Source: an uncultured delta proteobacterium
GTDB taxonomy: Bacteria > Desulfobacterota > Binatia > Binatales > Binataceae
Direction of reading: 5' to 3'
Length of the DNA: 64,000 bases
Assembly: GCA_963765675.1 (NCBI GenBank)
Contig: CAVXXK010000003.1
Span: 256,001 to 320,000, forward strand
Made by a program: the position numbers and the translations under genes. The notes beneath the pieces are model-generated. The model saw only the letters and a program-made list of their open reading frames with translations, was not told the DNA's origin and made no database searches. How positions within the stretch are numbered: position 1 is the first letter of the stretch; each line of letters starts with the position of its first letter. This document shows positions 48,165 to 58,854 of the stretch, one piece after another.

Positions 48165-50390
48165 TTACTTGGTATCGAACTCGAACACCAGCTCGCCCGA
48201 CGGCGAATCCGCCAACACCGCGAGCTTCTCCAGATAAAGCGCGATCACGCCGTCGTCGGGCCGCTCCGCACGCATCGCTTCGAGCGTGCTGCAAGCCTGC
48301 CGCGGATCGCCCTGGCGCAGGTTCTCCAGCGCGGATTCGAAGCGATCATAATACGAGGGATCGGCGCCCTTGGCCGCGGCAACCACTTCCATGATCGGCA
48401 CCGCATTGCTCTTTCCCTTCACCCTGACCAACCCAATATCGCGCGCGATATAGCCGTCTCCCGCGGCGGCGTAAGTCTCCTTGCTGACCAGCAGATGCAC
48501 CTTGAACTGGCGGGTGAGGCCTTCCAGGCGCGAGGCCAGGTTTACCGTGTCGCCAATAACCGAGTAGTCGAAGCGGCGCGCGCCGCCGAAGTTCCCAGCG
48601 ATTGCCTCCCCCGTCGCGATTCCCACGCCGATATCGATCGTGGCAAAACGCGGATCGTGCTCGCGCATCGACTTCAGCTCCGTGAGCATCGAGAGCGCCG
48701 AGTCGATCGCCGAGCGCGCGTGATTTGGAATCTCCAGCGGTGCACCCCAAAACGCCATGATTCCGTCGCCGCGAATCTTGTCCACCACCCCGCCGCTTTC
48801 GAGGATGAAGTCGGTCATCTTGGTCATATAGTCGTTGAGCAACGCGACCAGCGCAGCCGGATCGGTGCGTTCGGAGAGCCCGGTGTAGTTGACGATATCG
48901 GCGAACAGGATCGTGACGATCTTTCGCTCGCCCCCGAGCTTGAGTCCGCCAGGATTATCCACCACCGACGCGATTACATCGGGATGCAGGTAGTGCTCGA
49001 AGGCGTGGCGCAGACGACGCTTCTCGCGCCCCTCGGTCCAGTATCGGTAAATCGCAAGCGCGGCAGCGACCCCGCCGGCGACCGCGAGCGGAAATACCAC
49101 CCCCACTAGAACGCTGTGCTCGATGAGCAGGTACTGCGCGAAGCCGAAATACGCGACGATCAGGATGAGCACGGCGGCGAACGCGATCGAGGCGGTCAGG
49201 TACGCGACCGCGAGCGAGATCGCCACTCCCAGCAGAACTGCCCAAATTCTCTCCATCGCGATCGTATTAGTGCGGCTCGCGTCGATAAAGTCATGCGCGA
49301 TCACGTCGTCGATCGCGTTGGCGTGAATTTCGACGCGGGGAAACTCAGCTCCCGCCGGAGTGACCGAGCGATCGCCGATCGCCTGCGCCAGCGCACCCAC
49401 CAGCACCACTTTGCCGGATAACGCACCGGGCGGTATCCGATGCTCGATCACGTCGATCGGCGAGTAGTGCGGAACCTTTCCGTTCACGCCGCGAAACGTG
49501 ACCGTCATCCGTCCTATCTCATCCGTCGGAATGACGAGATCGCCGAGAGCCACGCTCGCCACGCCCGCGGGGATCAGGTTGAGCTTGAGAGGTGCGCCGT
49601 CGTAAAAGGCTTGGGCGACCGCGAGAAAGAACGGCACGCACTTCCGGCCATGAAACTCGATCACGGTGAGCTCATTGCGAATCTCGCCGTCCGCGTCACC
49701 CTCGATATCGTAGAATCCCGTTCCGCGGGCGGCGCTGTTAAGGATCGGCGTCGGCGGAAGGTAGGCGTCGGCGTGCATGATAGGCCCGGCGCCTCCCGGG
49801 GCGGTATGGGTCAACGCGTATGCAAGTGGCGGCGGATCGAGCGGCTCCGACAGATAGCCGGCCTGCGCTCCGCCGGCACTCTTGTTCAACTGGTGAATCG
49901 CGAACGCGTAGCCGAGAAATGTATTGCCCTGCGCCTTGATCGAGTCGGCGAATTTCTGGTCGTGGTCGTGGCCCAACGCCTCCTGGATCTGTGCGTCTTT
50001 GAGGCCGAGCGCCGTCAGCCGCGAGGCTATTTCGCGCCGCGCCGCGACATCCGAGTCGGCTTCCGAGAACAGCAGATCGTAGCCGATGACTTTCGGATGG
50101 TACGACGCGAGCGCGTCCTCAAACTGCGCCATCACGTCGCGCGGCCACGGCCAATGCCCCAGCGCCGCGATACTTTTCTGATCGATTCCGACCACGACGA
50201 CCTGGTTGGTCGGCGGATGCGGCGTGCGCGCATTCATCCGCAGGTCGGTGATCTTGAGCTCCGCAAACGTCAGCGCGCCCGGATAGATCATCAGCAGCGC
50301 CAGCATCAGCGCCGTCACCGCGATTCCGACGATAAACGTGCGCCATGAGAATGGCTGGTGAAACCGGGACTTTCTCGATTGCGGCGGCAT
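48165..50390 (-). CDS. CHASE2-domain class III adenylate/guanylate cyclase
   Basis: IDQKS..ALGHWPWPR CHASE2, three TM helices, LFADIVNYT, DKIRGDGIMA, GDTVNLASRLEG. Confidence 0.93.
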   Translation of the reverse strand: MPPQSRKSRFHQPFSWRTFIVGIAVTALMLALLMIYPGALTFAELKITDLRMNARTPHPPTNQVVVVGIDQKSIAALGHWPWPRDVMAQFEDALASYHPKVIGYDLLFSEADSDVAARREIASRLTALGLKDAQIQEALGHDHDQKFADSIKAQGNTFLGYAFAIHQLNKSAGGAQAGYLSEPLDPPPLAYALTHTAPGGAGPIMHADAYLPPTPILNSAARGTGFYDIEGDADGEIRNELTVIEFHGRKCVPFFLAVAQAFYDGAPLKLNLIPAGVASVALGDLVIPTDEIGRMTVTFRGVNGKVPHYSPIDVIEHRIPPGALSGKVVLVGALAQAIGDRSVTPAGAEFPRVEIHANAIDDVIAHDFIDASRTNTIAMERIWAVLLGVAISLAVAYLTASIAFAAVLILIVAYFGFAQYLLIEHSVLVGVVFPLAVAGGVAAALAIYRYWTEGREKRRLRHAFEHYLHPDVIASVVDNPGGLKLGGERKIVTILFADIVNYTGLSERTDPAALVALLNDYMTKMTDFILESGGVVDKIRGDGIMAFWGAPLEIPNHARSAIDSALSMLTELKSMREHDPRFATIDIGVGIATGEAIAGNFGGARRFDYSVIGDTVNLASRLEGLTRQFKVHLLVSKETYAAAGDGYIARDIGLVRVKGKSNAVPIMEVVAAAKGADPSYYDRFESALENLRQGDPRQACSTLEAMRAERPDDGVIALYLEKLAVLADSPSGELVFEFDTK

Positions 50391-50469
50391 CAGATGCGGC
50401 TCTTCCGGAACGAGAATAGCGCGCGATGGCCGACGCGGCTAACCCCACGCGCCGGTGAGATTTGCCGTT

Positions 50470-51276
50470 CTATTCCAAGAAGCCGAGCTGCTTGTAGAAG
50501 CTGATTTGTCCGTACTGATGCGCCGAGCCGTAGCCCGCTTGCGCGCTGAATCCTACCTGCCACGGCCGGTAGTAGACGCCCATGTCGGGTCCGCCCTCGC
50601 CTTCCGCGCCGGTCAGGAATCCGCCCAGATAAACCGCCCCGCCGCCGCCGGCCATGAATATCCAGTGCTCGGTCGACGCGACGATCATCTGCAAGTCGAT
50701 CGACATGCTGGTCACGTCGTTCTCGTAATTGTACATCGTCGAGGTCGCGAGATTGACCGGATGCTCCGAGTGCAGAAACAGCCAACTCGAAACGTCGCCC
50801 TCGATATCCGTCGCGGTGCTGTCGCCGAAATCCTTGCCGCCCAATATATAGATGTGCGTGCCGGGATAGACCGTGATGTCCACCCCTCCCTGCGCGCGTC
50901 CGAAGTTGAGCCGCGCCTGATGCCCGGTGCCCGGATTAAGCGGATTGTCGAAACCGCCGCCTTCGAAAAGCTGATAACCGGTAAGCCGCCCAACCGCGCC
51001 GATGTATGGAGTGATGCTCTGTTCGAGCTGAAAGCCTTCCTGGATCGTGGCGTACTTGTCGCTGGCATAGCCGCCGCCAAAACCGATCACTTCGAGGCGG
51101 CCGGGATCCTGGATCGTAAAGAAATTCGGATAGGTGCTGTCGAAGAAGTCTTCGGCGGCAGCCGGACTAACCGCAACGATCGTCGCGCCGAACGTTACGA
51201 CGGCCGCAACCATATACGACACAAGTCGGCAGGGCAGTTTGCGCGCCACTCGATTCCTCCTCAGATGCTGCAACAC
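50470..51276 (-). CDS. Exported protein, probable outer-membrane beta-barrel
   Basis: Signal peptide, Gly/aromatic-rich amphipathic strands; between the FecR-domain and cyclase genes. Confidence 0.6.
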   Translation of the reverse strand: MLQHLRRNRVARKLPCRLVSYMVAAVVTFGATIVAVSPAAAEDFFDSTYPNFFTIQDPGRLEVIGFGGGYASDKYATIQEGFQLEQSITPYIGAVGRLTGYQLFEGGGFDNPLNPGTGHQARLNFGRAQGGVDITVYPGTHIYILGGKDFGDSTATDIEGDVSSWLFLHSEHPVNLATSTMYNYENDVTSMSIDLQMIVASTEHWIFMAGGGGAVYLGGFLTGAEGEGGPDMGVYYRPWQVGFSAQAGYGSAHQYGQISFYKQLGFLE

Positions 51277-51280
51277 GCGA

Positions 51281-52099
51281 TCATCCGCGCGGCGGGGGTG
51301 GCGGAGGCGGAGGAGGCGGCGAGGTATTCATGTTGACGCACGTCGGACAGGCAGGTGGCGGTACTGGAGCCACCGGAGTAATCACGCCGACTGAACTGGC
51401 GCCACCAGCCGCTCCGAACGAAGATGCTCCCGTCATCCCCAGCGGACCCGAGCCGGTCGGCGCCAGAAAGCATGGCACCGTCGCTTCGTATCCTGCGCCG
51501 ATATTGACCCCGCCGCCCGGATTGCCCGCAGTGGCGAGATTCACAACGCCGTCCTGAACCGCGACATCGGTAAAATTATGGCAATCGCCGAAGGTCGGGC
51601 GCGCCACCCCGGAAGAAAAGATCGTGTCGAAGCGCGTGCCGCGCGCGGCCGCAACCGCGTTTGGCGTATGCACTTCAAAATTCGGTGCGGCCGCGCCGAT
51701 CGTATGATTTACGAATGAACGCAGTTCGCCTCCGAACAAACTCACCCGCGTAGCCACCGGCGAAGCCGTCTGCTGATCGACTACGATATTGCTCGAATCG
51801 CCAAGCTCGAGCGTGCTCTGATCATTGAGCCGCACAATCACATGGCCGCCAACTCCGGTCAGGAGCCGGTCGCCAACATCGACCGGTGTGCCCGTCGCGC
51901 CCCCGAGCGTAGCCGCGCCCCGTTGAATTGTGACCGGTCCCGAAGATGATGTGATCGTTCCGGCAACCGCCGCTTGTGCAGACGCGGCGCGAGGCGAAAG
52001 TATCAGGGCAAAGACGAAAGCGAGCGCAAGTATAAGATGGTTTTGAAGGGATGGGCGAACAGTCGAGGCGCGCATAGCGTGGTTTTCCTTGTCGCTCAC
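51281..52099 (-). CDS. Exported FecR-domain protein with a poly-Pro tail
   Basis: GDRLLTG, LNDQSTLELG, FEVHTPNAVAAARGTRF, VQDGVV. Confidence 0.82.
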   Translation of the reverse strand: MSDKENHAMRASTVRPSLQNHLILALAFVFALILSPRAASAQAAVAGTITSSSGPVTIQRGAATLGGATGTPVDVGDRLLTGVGGHVIVRLNDQSTLELGDSSNIVVDQQTASPVATRVSLFGGELRSFVNHTIGAAAPNFEVHTPNAVAAARGTRFDTIFSSGVARPTFGDCHNFTDVAVQDGVVNLATAGNPGGGVNIGAGYEATVPCFLAPTGSGPLGMTGASSFGAAGGASSVGVITPVAPVPPPACPTCVNMNTSPPPPPPPPPPRG

Positions 52100-52252
52100 C
52101 GCATTCTTCTATTCGGCCCGCGAAGTACTGTCAATTCGGTTTGGCAAAATATGCGAGCACGATATTGCAGTGTACGTACTTCTGCGTACACGCCGGGACA
52201 CGCGAGAGATTAGGCGCGTCGCAGGCGCGCGCACCAATGAATTTTCTCTTAA

Positions 52253-52367
52253 GTGGCACCGGCTTTAGCCGGTGATTCTTGCGCGCGTGAGAGATGGGCT
52301 CCGCATTCATTGTAAAGCCCGGCACCGGCTTCAGCCGGTGCGGGCCACAGGCTAAAGCCTGTGCCAC
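52253..52367. repeat. REP cluster (GTGGCACMGGCTTYAGCCKGTG family, 3 units)
   Basis: gtggcaccggctttagccggtg, ggcaccggcttcagccggtg, and inverted cacaggctaaagcctgtgccac. Confidence 0.72.
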
Positions 52368-52393
52368 TAATCTTGAGCCATGTCTCTCTGAGA

Positions 52394-52792
52394 CTAACGC
52401 TTAGAGTACTGAGGACGCTTGCGCGCTTTGTGATGCCCGTACTTCTTGCGCTCGACCTCACGCGGGTCGCGCGTCAGCATCCCAGCCTTGCGCAGCGCGG
52501 GCCGGAGCGTCTCGGAGGATTTCACCAGAGCGCGCGAGATGCCGTGGCGGACCGCGTCGGCCTGAGCCGAGATCCCACCGCCCTCGACGCTGACAATAAC
52601 GTCGAACTGGCCCTTGGTCTCGGTCAACTCGAACGGCTCGATAATCCGCATCCGCGAAGTGTCGCGAGGGAAATAGTCGTCGAGCGTGCGATCATTGATC
52701 GTGAAGTTTCCTGAACCGGCAAGCATCCGCACTCGCGCGATCGCGGTTTTGCGCCGCCCGGTCGTCCAAATGATATTTTTCTTTTCTGGCAT
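52394..52792 (-). CDS. rpsI: 30S ribosomal protein S9
   Basis: [38 protein letters not shown]. Confidence 0.98.
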   Translation of the reverse strand: MPEKKNIIWTTGRRKTAIARVRMLAGSGNFTINDRTLDDYFPRDTSRMRIIEPFELTETKGQFDVIVSVEGGGISAQADAVRHGISRALVKSSETLRPALRKAGMLTRDPREVERKKYGHHKARKRPQYSKR

Positions 52793-52812
52793 GTGACGAT
52801 GCGCGCCTCGCT

Positions 52813-53259
52813 TCAGACGGTGACGGTCTCGGGCTTCTGCGCGGCATGCGGATGCTCCGCGCCGCTATAGACCTTAAGCTTGGTGAAGAGCCGGCGCCCG
52901 AGCCGGTTCTTCGGCAGCATCCCGCGCACGGCGCCTTCGATCAGTCGCTCGGGCCGGGTCTCGCGGACCTTGGCGGGAGTGGTCGAACGGATTCCGCCGG
53001 GCCATCCCGTGTGCCGATAGAAAACCTTGTCGGTCTCCTTCGACCCGGTGAGCTTCACCTTCGCCGCGTTGATCACCACCACGAAATCCCCCGCGTCTTC
53101 GTTGGGCGTGAAGTCGGGGCGATGCTTCCCGCGCAGGAGGCTCGCGGCGCGCGTCGCGACTCGTCCCAGCACGCGGTCGGACGCGTCGATGATTAGCCAG
53201 CGGCGATCCCGCAGCGCATTTTCGCGCGACACGCTCTTGGTCTGTTCGGTCAGTTTCAA
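52813..53259 (-). CDS. rplM: 50S ribosomal protein L13
   Basis: [40 protein letters not shown]; likely TTG start after GGTGG. Confidence 0.97.
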   Translation of the reverse strand: MKLTEQTKSVSRENALRDRRWLIIDASDRVLGRVATRAASLLRGKHRPDFTPNEDAGDFVVVINAAKVKLTGSKETDKVFYRHTGWPGGIRSTTPAKVRETRPERLIEGAVRGMLPKNRLGRRLFTKLKVYSGAEHPHAAQKPETVTV

Positions 53260-53314
53260 ATTCTTCCACCCGCATCGTTCGCGCGCTTGCGGCGTGCGGA
53301 CATGCAATAAAATT

Positions 53315-53392
53315 TGGCGGGGCCGATGGGATTTGAACCCACGACTTCCGACGTGACAGGCCGGCGTTCTAACCGGGCTGAACTACGACCCC
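53315..53392 (-). tRNA. tRNA-Asp(GTC)
   Basis: GGGGTCGTAGTTCAGCCCGGTTAGAACGCCGGCCTGTCACGTCGGAAGTCGTGGGTTCAAATCCCATCGGCCCCGCCA. Confidence 0.96.
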
Positions 53393-53819
53393 GCCTGAAC
53401 CATCCTTTGTTACATTTTCCACGCCGCGGAGCAACTTGCGAGAGCGATCGAGACGGGTGAGATTGCGAGGTTTCTGGTCCCGCATCCTGGCGGTGTGCTG
53501 TTGGTCTGCCTTGGGTGTTGACGTTGCTCTGAAGGGCGCAGGCAAGACGCCGGAAGACCTGACGCGATACTGGCGTTTGCGCACAACCGCCGATCTTCTC
53601 CGCAATCCAGACGCGGCGGAAGATCGGCGTTGTTTTTTTGTCGGGTTCAGCACCGGAATATGGCGCGCGGGAATTATGGAACTCGCGGTCCCCAAATCCT
53701 TACTTGCCTGCGCCGTGACCCTAACTTATCCTTTACCGAAGTCGACCCGAGTTTCGGCAGTTTCTCTAAACTCATGAGCCCGCCCGTATTAGCTGGGCTC
53801 TGCATGTCGCCTGTCGCCT

Positions 53820-56800
53820 ATGTGGATTGTCCGTCTTGCCCTGCGCCGTCCGCTCTCGGTTGCGGTGATGGCGCTGCTGATGCTGGTGCTCGGAACGCTG
53901 TCGTTCGAGCTGATGAACGTTGACATCTTTCCCGCGATCAATCTTCCGGTCGTGTTGGTGGTCTGGAACTACCCGGGGCTGTCGGCCTTCGATGTCGAGC
54001 GGCGGATGGTGTTTATCAGCGAGCGCGCGTACTCGACCACCGTCAACGGCATCGAGCATATCGAGTCGGAATCGATCAACGGGCTCGGAATTCTAAAGGT
54101 TTACTTCCAGCCGGGCACTGACCTCGGCGCCGCCATTTCGCAGATCAATGCGGTTTCGGAAACGATCCTTTCGATTCTGCCGCGCGGCGTCCAGCCGCCG
54201 CAAATTATTTCTTACAACGCGACCAACGTTCCCGTCGCGCAGTTGAACATCTATAGCGATACGCTTTCGACCAGCAAGCTGTTCGACTACGGACTCAACT
54301 TCATCCGTATCCAGCTCTTTACGATTCCCGGATTCTCCTCGCCGGCGCCGCTGGGCGGCGTGCAACGATCGGTCATGGTCAATATCGATCCGACTTCGCT
54401 CTACGCCAACGGGATGTCCGCGTACGACCTCGGGAACGCGCTGGCCTCGACCAACGTCGTGATTCCGTCGGGCGCCGAGAAGATCGGCAACTATCAGTAC
54501 AACGTCGATCTCAACATGAGCGTGCCGACGGTAAAGGACTTCGACCGGCTACCGCTGAAATACGTTAACGGCTCCCCGGTCTTTCTCGGTGACGTCGCGC
54601 CCGTGACTGATACGCATCAGCCGCAAACCAACGTGGTGCGCGTCGACGGCCAGCAGGCGACCTACCTGATGGTGATCAAGCACGCCGACGCGTCGACGCT
54701 AACGGTGGTTGACGCGGTCAAGGCCAAGATCCCGCTCATCCGGGCCACCGCGCCCAAGGGACTGAAAGTCTCGCTGACTTTCGATCAATCGCAGTTCGTG
54801 CGCGCCGCGTTGTGGGATGTCGTGCAGGAGGCCGTTATCGCCGCCGCGCTGGTCGCGCTGATGGTGCTGCTGTTCCTCGGTTCGCCGCGCAGCATGCTGA
54901 TCGTCATCACGTCGATACCGCTGTCGATTCTTACTTCGATCATCGCGCTCAACCTCTGCGGCCAGACGATCAACACGATGACGCTCGGCGGAATCGCGCT
55001 CGCAGTCGGGATGCTGGTCGACGACGCCACCGTCGAGATCGAGAACATCCATCGCAACCACGCGCTCGACAAACCGCTGCTGGTCGCGATTCTGGACGGC
55101 GCATCGCAGATCGCGACGCCGACCTTCGTCGGCACGCTCTCGATCTGCATCGTGTTCTTCCCGGTCGTGCTGCTGACGGGGGTCGCGAAATTCCTGTTCA
55201 CTCCGCTCGCGCTGGCGGTGGTGTTCGCGATGCTCACGTCCTACCTGCTGTCGCGGACGCTGGTGCCCTCGATGGCGCGGTATCTGCTCCCGGACAAGAA
55301 CGAGGAACATCTCGGACACAGCCGCGCGGCGAACTTCGTGCGCGCATTCGATCGTGGTTTCGAGCGCATCAAGGCGCGCTACCGGATATGGCTCGCCACC
55401 TTCATCGGACGGCGCGGCCTGGCGCTGACCTGTGTCGCGATCCTGATCCTGCTTTCGCTCGGACTCCTGCCGATCGTCGGCGAGGATTTTTTCCCGACCG
55501 TCGACGCCGGCATGATGCGGCTGCATCTGCGCGCCCCGACCGGCACTCGCGTCGAACACACCGAATACCTGGTCGATCAGATCGACCGCAGCATCCGCAC
55601 CATCATTCCGGCGGACGAGCTCGAAAGCATCAGCGACAATATCGGCCTGCCGATTTCATACGACCTCGCTTTCTATCAAACCGACAGCATCGGCCCGATG
55701 GACGCCGACGTGCTGATTCAGCTCAAGCCCAAGCATCAACCGACCGCGATGTACGAGCAGCGGATTCGCGATGCGCTGGCGGCGAAGTATCCGCAGGTGA
55801 CCGCCTATTTCCAGGCCGCCGATATCGTCAGCCAGGTGCTGACCTTCGGCCTGCCCGCCGCGATCGACGCGCAGGTCAACGGCAACAACCTCCAGACCGA
55901 TTACGACATCGCGCTCAAGCTTGAAAACCGGATGGCGCGGATTCCCGGCGTGGTCGATATGCGCATCGCCGAGCCGCTTGATTATCCGAGCCTGCAGGTC
56001 AAAGTCGACCGCACCAAGGCGCTGCAGTTCGGGATCACGCAGCAGCAGGTCACTTCGAGCGTGCTCTCGATGCTCTCGGGCGCGCAGCTCTTGCAGCCGA
56101 ACTTCTGGCTCGATCCGGTAACCGGAGTTAACTACAACGTCATCTCGCAGGCGCAGGAGCATCTGTTCGATTCGGTCGCCGCGCTGCAGAATATCCCGCT
56201 GAGCTCGCCCGGCACTTCGACCAGCAGCGCGGCCGCCGCCGCGATGCCGCTCGTTGACGGCGCCACGACCGCGCAGCCGCAGTTGCTCGGCAACCTCGCC
56301 ACCATCGGCCACACCTGGGATCCCGCCGTGGTCGCGCACTACACGGTGCAGCGCGTGGTGGACGTCGATTGCAACGTTTCGGGCCGCGACCTCGGCGCGG
56401 TGACCAAGGCGGTGCAAAAACAAATCGCACAATTGGGCAAGCTGCCCGCAGGCACCCAGGTCGTGATCCGCGGCCAGAGCCAGGCGATGAGCTCGTCGTT
56501 CGTCACGCTCGGCGAAGGCCTGATTCTCGCGATTATCCTCGTGTACCTGCTGATGGTCGCGAATTTCCAGTCGTGGCTCGAACCGTTCATCATTATGATG
56601 GCGGTGCCCGGCGCGCTCGCGGGCGTGCTCTGGATACTGGTGCTGACGGGCACCACGATCAACGTCGAATCGATGATGGGAGCGATCATGGCGGTCGGCG
56701 TCGGCGTCGCCAACGGCAACCTGCTCATCACCTTCGCCAACGAGCTGCGCGAGGACGGCTACGGTCCGGTCGCCGCGGCGATCGAGGCCGGGCGCATCCG

Positions 56801-57044
56801 CTTTCGCCCGATCATCATGACCGCACTCGCGATGATCCTGGGGATGCTGCCGATGGCGCTGAGCCTCGGCTCGGGCTCAGAGCAGAACGCACCCTTGGGA
56901 CGCGCCGTGATCGGCGGCCTTTTTGTAGCGACTCTATCAACCTTGTTCGTGGTGCCGGCGGTCTATTCGATATTCAGCCGCAACATGATCGGCAAACATC
57001 AGCGCGACGCGGAGATCGAGGAACTCACGCTGCCCGGCGCGTGA
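53820..57044 (+). CDS. RND efflux permease (AcrB/CusA family)
   Basis: 1074 aa; GMLVDDATVEIENI, RFRPIIMTA, APLGRAVIGG. Confidence 0.95.
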   Translation: MWIVRLALRRPLSVAVMALLMLVLGTLSFELMNVDIFPAINLPVVLVVWNYPGLSAFDVERRMVFISERAYSTTVNGIEHIESESINGLGILKVYFQPGTDLGAAISQINAVSETILSILPRGVQPPQIISYNATNVPVAQLNIYSDTLSTSKLFDYGLNFIRIQLFTIPGFSSPAPLGGVQRSVMVNIDPTSLYANGMSAYDLGNALASTNVVIPSGAEKIGNYQYNVDLNMSVPTVKDFDRLPLKYVNGSPVFLGDVAPVTDTHQPQTNVVRVDGQQATYLMVIKHADASTLTVVDAVKAKIPLIRATAPKGLKVSLTFDQSQFVRAALWDVVQEAVIAAALVALMVLLFLGSPRSMLIVITSIPLSILTSIIALNLCGQTINTMTLGGIALAVGMLVDDATVEIENIHRNHALDKPLLVAILDGASQIATPTFVGTLSICIVFFPVVLLTGVAKFLFTPLALAVVFAMLTSYLLSRTLVPSMARYLLPDKNEEHLGHSRAANFVRAFDRGFERIKARYRIWLATFIGRRGLALTCVAILILLSLGLLPIVGEDFFPTVDAGMMRLHLRAPTGTRVEHTEYLVDQIDRSIRTIIPADELESISDNIGLPISYDLAFYQTDSIGPMDADVLIQLKPKHQPTAMYEQRIRDALAAKYPQVTAYFQAADIVSQVLTFGLPAAIDAQVNGNNLQTDYDIALKLENRMARIPGVVDMRIAEPLDYPSLQVKVDRTKALQFGITQQQVTSSVLSMLSGAQLLQPNFWLDPVTGVNYNVISQAQEHLFDSVAALQNIPLSSPGTSTSSAAAAAMPLVDGATTAQPQLLGNLATIGHTWDPAVVAHYTVQRVVDVDCNVSGRDLGAVTKAVQKQIAQLGKLPAGTQVVIRGQSQAMSSSFVTLGEGLILAIILVYLLMVANFQSWLEPFIIMMAVPGALAGVLWILVLTGTTINVESMMGAIMAVGVGVANGNLLITFANELREDGYGPVAAAIEAGRIRFRPIIMTALAMILGMLPMALSLGSGSEQNAPLGRAVIGGLFVATLSTLFVVPAVYSIFSRNMIGKHQRDAEIEELTLPGA

Positions 57045-57057
57045 GCGATGGCATCAG

Positions 57058-58203
57058 ATGGAAGACGACCCCAGGCAATACACCGCCAAAGCCTCCGGCA
57101 AATTCTTTGTCGTGGGATGGATCGGCGCGATCGCGATCGTGGTGATCGCGACGGCCGGGCTCGTGCTCGCGCGCGAATTGTGGATCGGCCGCCAGACCAA
57201 CGAGCTCGCGCAGCAGGCCGCAATCGGACCGCACGTGCTGGTCGCGAAAGTCGGGCGGATGCCTGCCACCCGCGAGGTCAAACTGCCGGCGACGACGCGC
57301 GGCTTCGACGAAACTGAAATCTACGCCAAGGTCCCCGGCTACATAAAATCGCTCCGGGTCGATAAGGGCGATCGCATCCACGCCGGCGAGCTGATCGCGA
57401 CCATCGAATCGCCGGAAACCGATCAGCAGGTCCGCAACGCCGAGGCCGCCTACCGAATCGCCAAACTCACCGATGATCGCAACCAGGTTCTCGTCCGCGA
57501 GGCTGTGATCTCGCAGGAGATGGCCGACCAATCGCGCGCCACGATGCTGCAGGCGAAGGCGACTCTCGCGCAGTCGATCGCGCTGCAAGGCTACGAACAC
57601 GTGACCGCGCCGTTTGACGGAATCGTGACCGAGCGCGACGTCGATCCCGGCCATCTGATTCCCGAAGCGACCAGCTCGACCAGCCTCGCCGACGCGATCG
57701 TGCATGTCGCGCGGATGAAACCGCTGCGCGTCTACACTTACGTTCCGCAGAACGTCGCGCTGTTCATCCGCAACGGCGACAGCGCCTCTGTCACGGTCAA
57801 CGAATATCCGCAGCGAAAGTTCACCGGCACTATCACGCGCCATCCCGAGGCGCTCTCGGCGGATTCGCGCACGATGCTGGTGGAAGTCGATCTGCCGAAC
57901 ACGGACGAGGCGCTGTATCCAGGGATGTACGGCAGCGCGGAATTCGTCGTATCGATTCCGGCGGGAGCGCCGCTGGTCCCCGACGAAGCGCTGGTGTTCC
58001 GCAACGGCAAGGTGTTCGTTCCCGTCGTGAAAAACAACCTGCTCCATCTGACCCAAGTGACGCTCGGCTACGACAACGGAATCGCGGTCGAGGTCGCCAA
58101 CGGCATCGATCCCGACGCGATGGTGGCGCTGAACGTCGGCCAATCGGCGCGCGAAGGCGAGCGCGTCCAACCCGTCGAGCAACAGCAAACCGCCTCTCAG
58201 TAA
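57058..58203 (+). CDS. RND periplasmic adaptor (membrane fusion protein)
   Basis: IYAKVPGYI...VDKGD, VTAPFDGIV, LYPGMY. Confidence 0.93.
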   Translation: MEDDPRQYTAKASGKFFVVGWIGAIAIVVIATAGLVLARELWIGRQTNELAQQAAIGPHVLVAKVGRMPATREVKLPATTRGFDETEIYAKVPGYIKSLRVDKGDRIHAGELIATIESPETDQQVRNAEAAYRIAKLTDDRNQVLVREAVISQEMADQSRATMLQAKATLAQSIALQGYEHVTAPFDGIVTERDVDPGHLIPEATSSTSLADAIVHVARMKPLRVYTYVPQNVALFIRNGDSASVTVNEYPQRKFTGTITRHPEALSADSRTMLVEVDLPNTDEALYPGMYGSAEFVVSIPAGAPLVPDEALVFRNGKVFVPVVKNNLLHLTQVTLGYDNGIAVEVANGIDPDAMVALNVGQSAREGERVQPVEQQQTASQ

Positions 58204-58261
58204 AGTCTAGTGAAATTTGACCTTATGACGGCCTCCAAGGACACTCCGAAAAAGCCGTTCG

Positions 58262-58516
58262 TCAGCCAACGAAGCGATCATATTGGGCATGATCGCCTAT
58301 CCAGAACCACAAGATTCCGCCTTCGACATCAACGCCAAGTGTGCGATGGTGAAGGCCGACGCGGCACGACCAAAATCGGCCCACGCGCTTTAACTGCAAA
58401 GAGGGGTGACGAGGATCATATTTGAGAAGGCGGTACTTCTCGTCCGCCAAGCGTCGGACTGCCGGCCGCAGGCTCCGGTAACAGGCCCAAAAGTTCGGAG
58501 CGGCGAAGTGCCTCAA
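58262..58516 (-). CDS. RelE/ParE/HigB-like toxin
   Basis: FWACYRSL...DPRHPSLQLKRVG..WSCRVG..HR..G...WFWIGDHAQYD; TTGA overlap with the antitoxin. Confidence 0.8.
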   Translation of the reverse strand: MRHFAAPNFWACYRSLRPAVRRLADEKYRLLKYDPRHPSLQLKRVGRFWSCRVGLHHRTLGVDVEGGILWFWIGDHAQYDRFVG

Positions 58517-58713
58517 AACTCGGTGGATTTTCCCGCCGCATGGCCGCGAAGGGCTTCGTCGGCCAGCGCGTCGAGCCTTCCCGCCTTTACGTCTCGCTCG
58601 ATCTGACGATCCCACTGGGTTGCATCGAACTCAGCGAACCACCGCCGAAACTCTGAGAGTTCCTCAGCCGAGAGACCGGAGATTTTCTTCTCGAGCGCTT
58701 CGACTTTACTCAT
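58513..58713 (-). CDS. Putative antitoxin
   Basis: 66 aa, WDRQIERDVKAGRLDALADEA; directly upstream of the toxin. Confidence 0.78.
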   Translation of the reverse strand: MSKVEALEKKISGLSAEELSEFRRWFAEFDATQWDRQIERDVKAGRLDALADEALRGHAAGKSTEF

Positions 58714-58854
58714 ACCAGAAACGATACCACCTCTTTCTTTCGCGGGCTAACTCCTCCTGTGGGCAGCGGCCAACGCATCGCGCTGCACCGCGTGGCTTCA
58801 GATCGCGAGTGCGACGCTTCTCTTACTGCGCGGCCTTGCATGTGCGCGCAGCCT

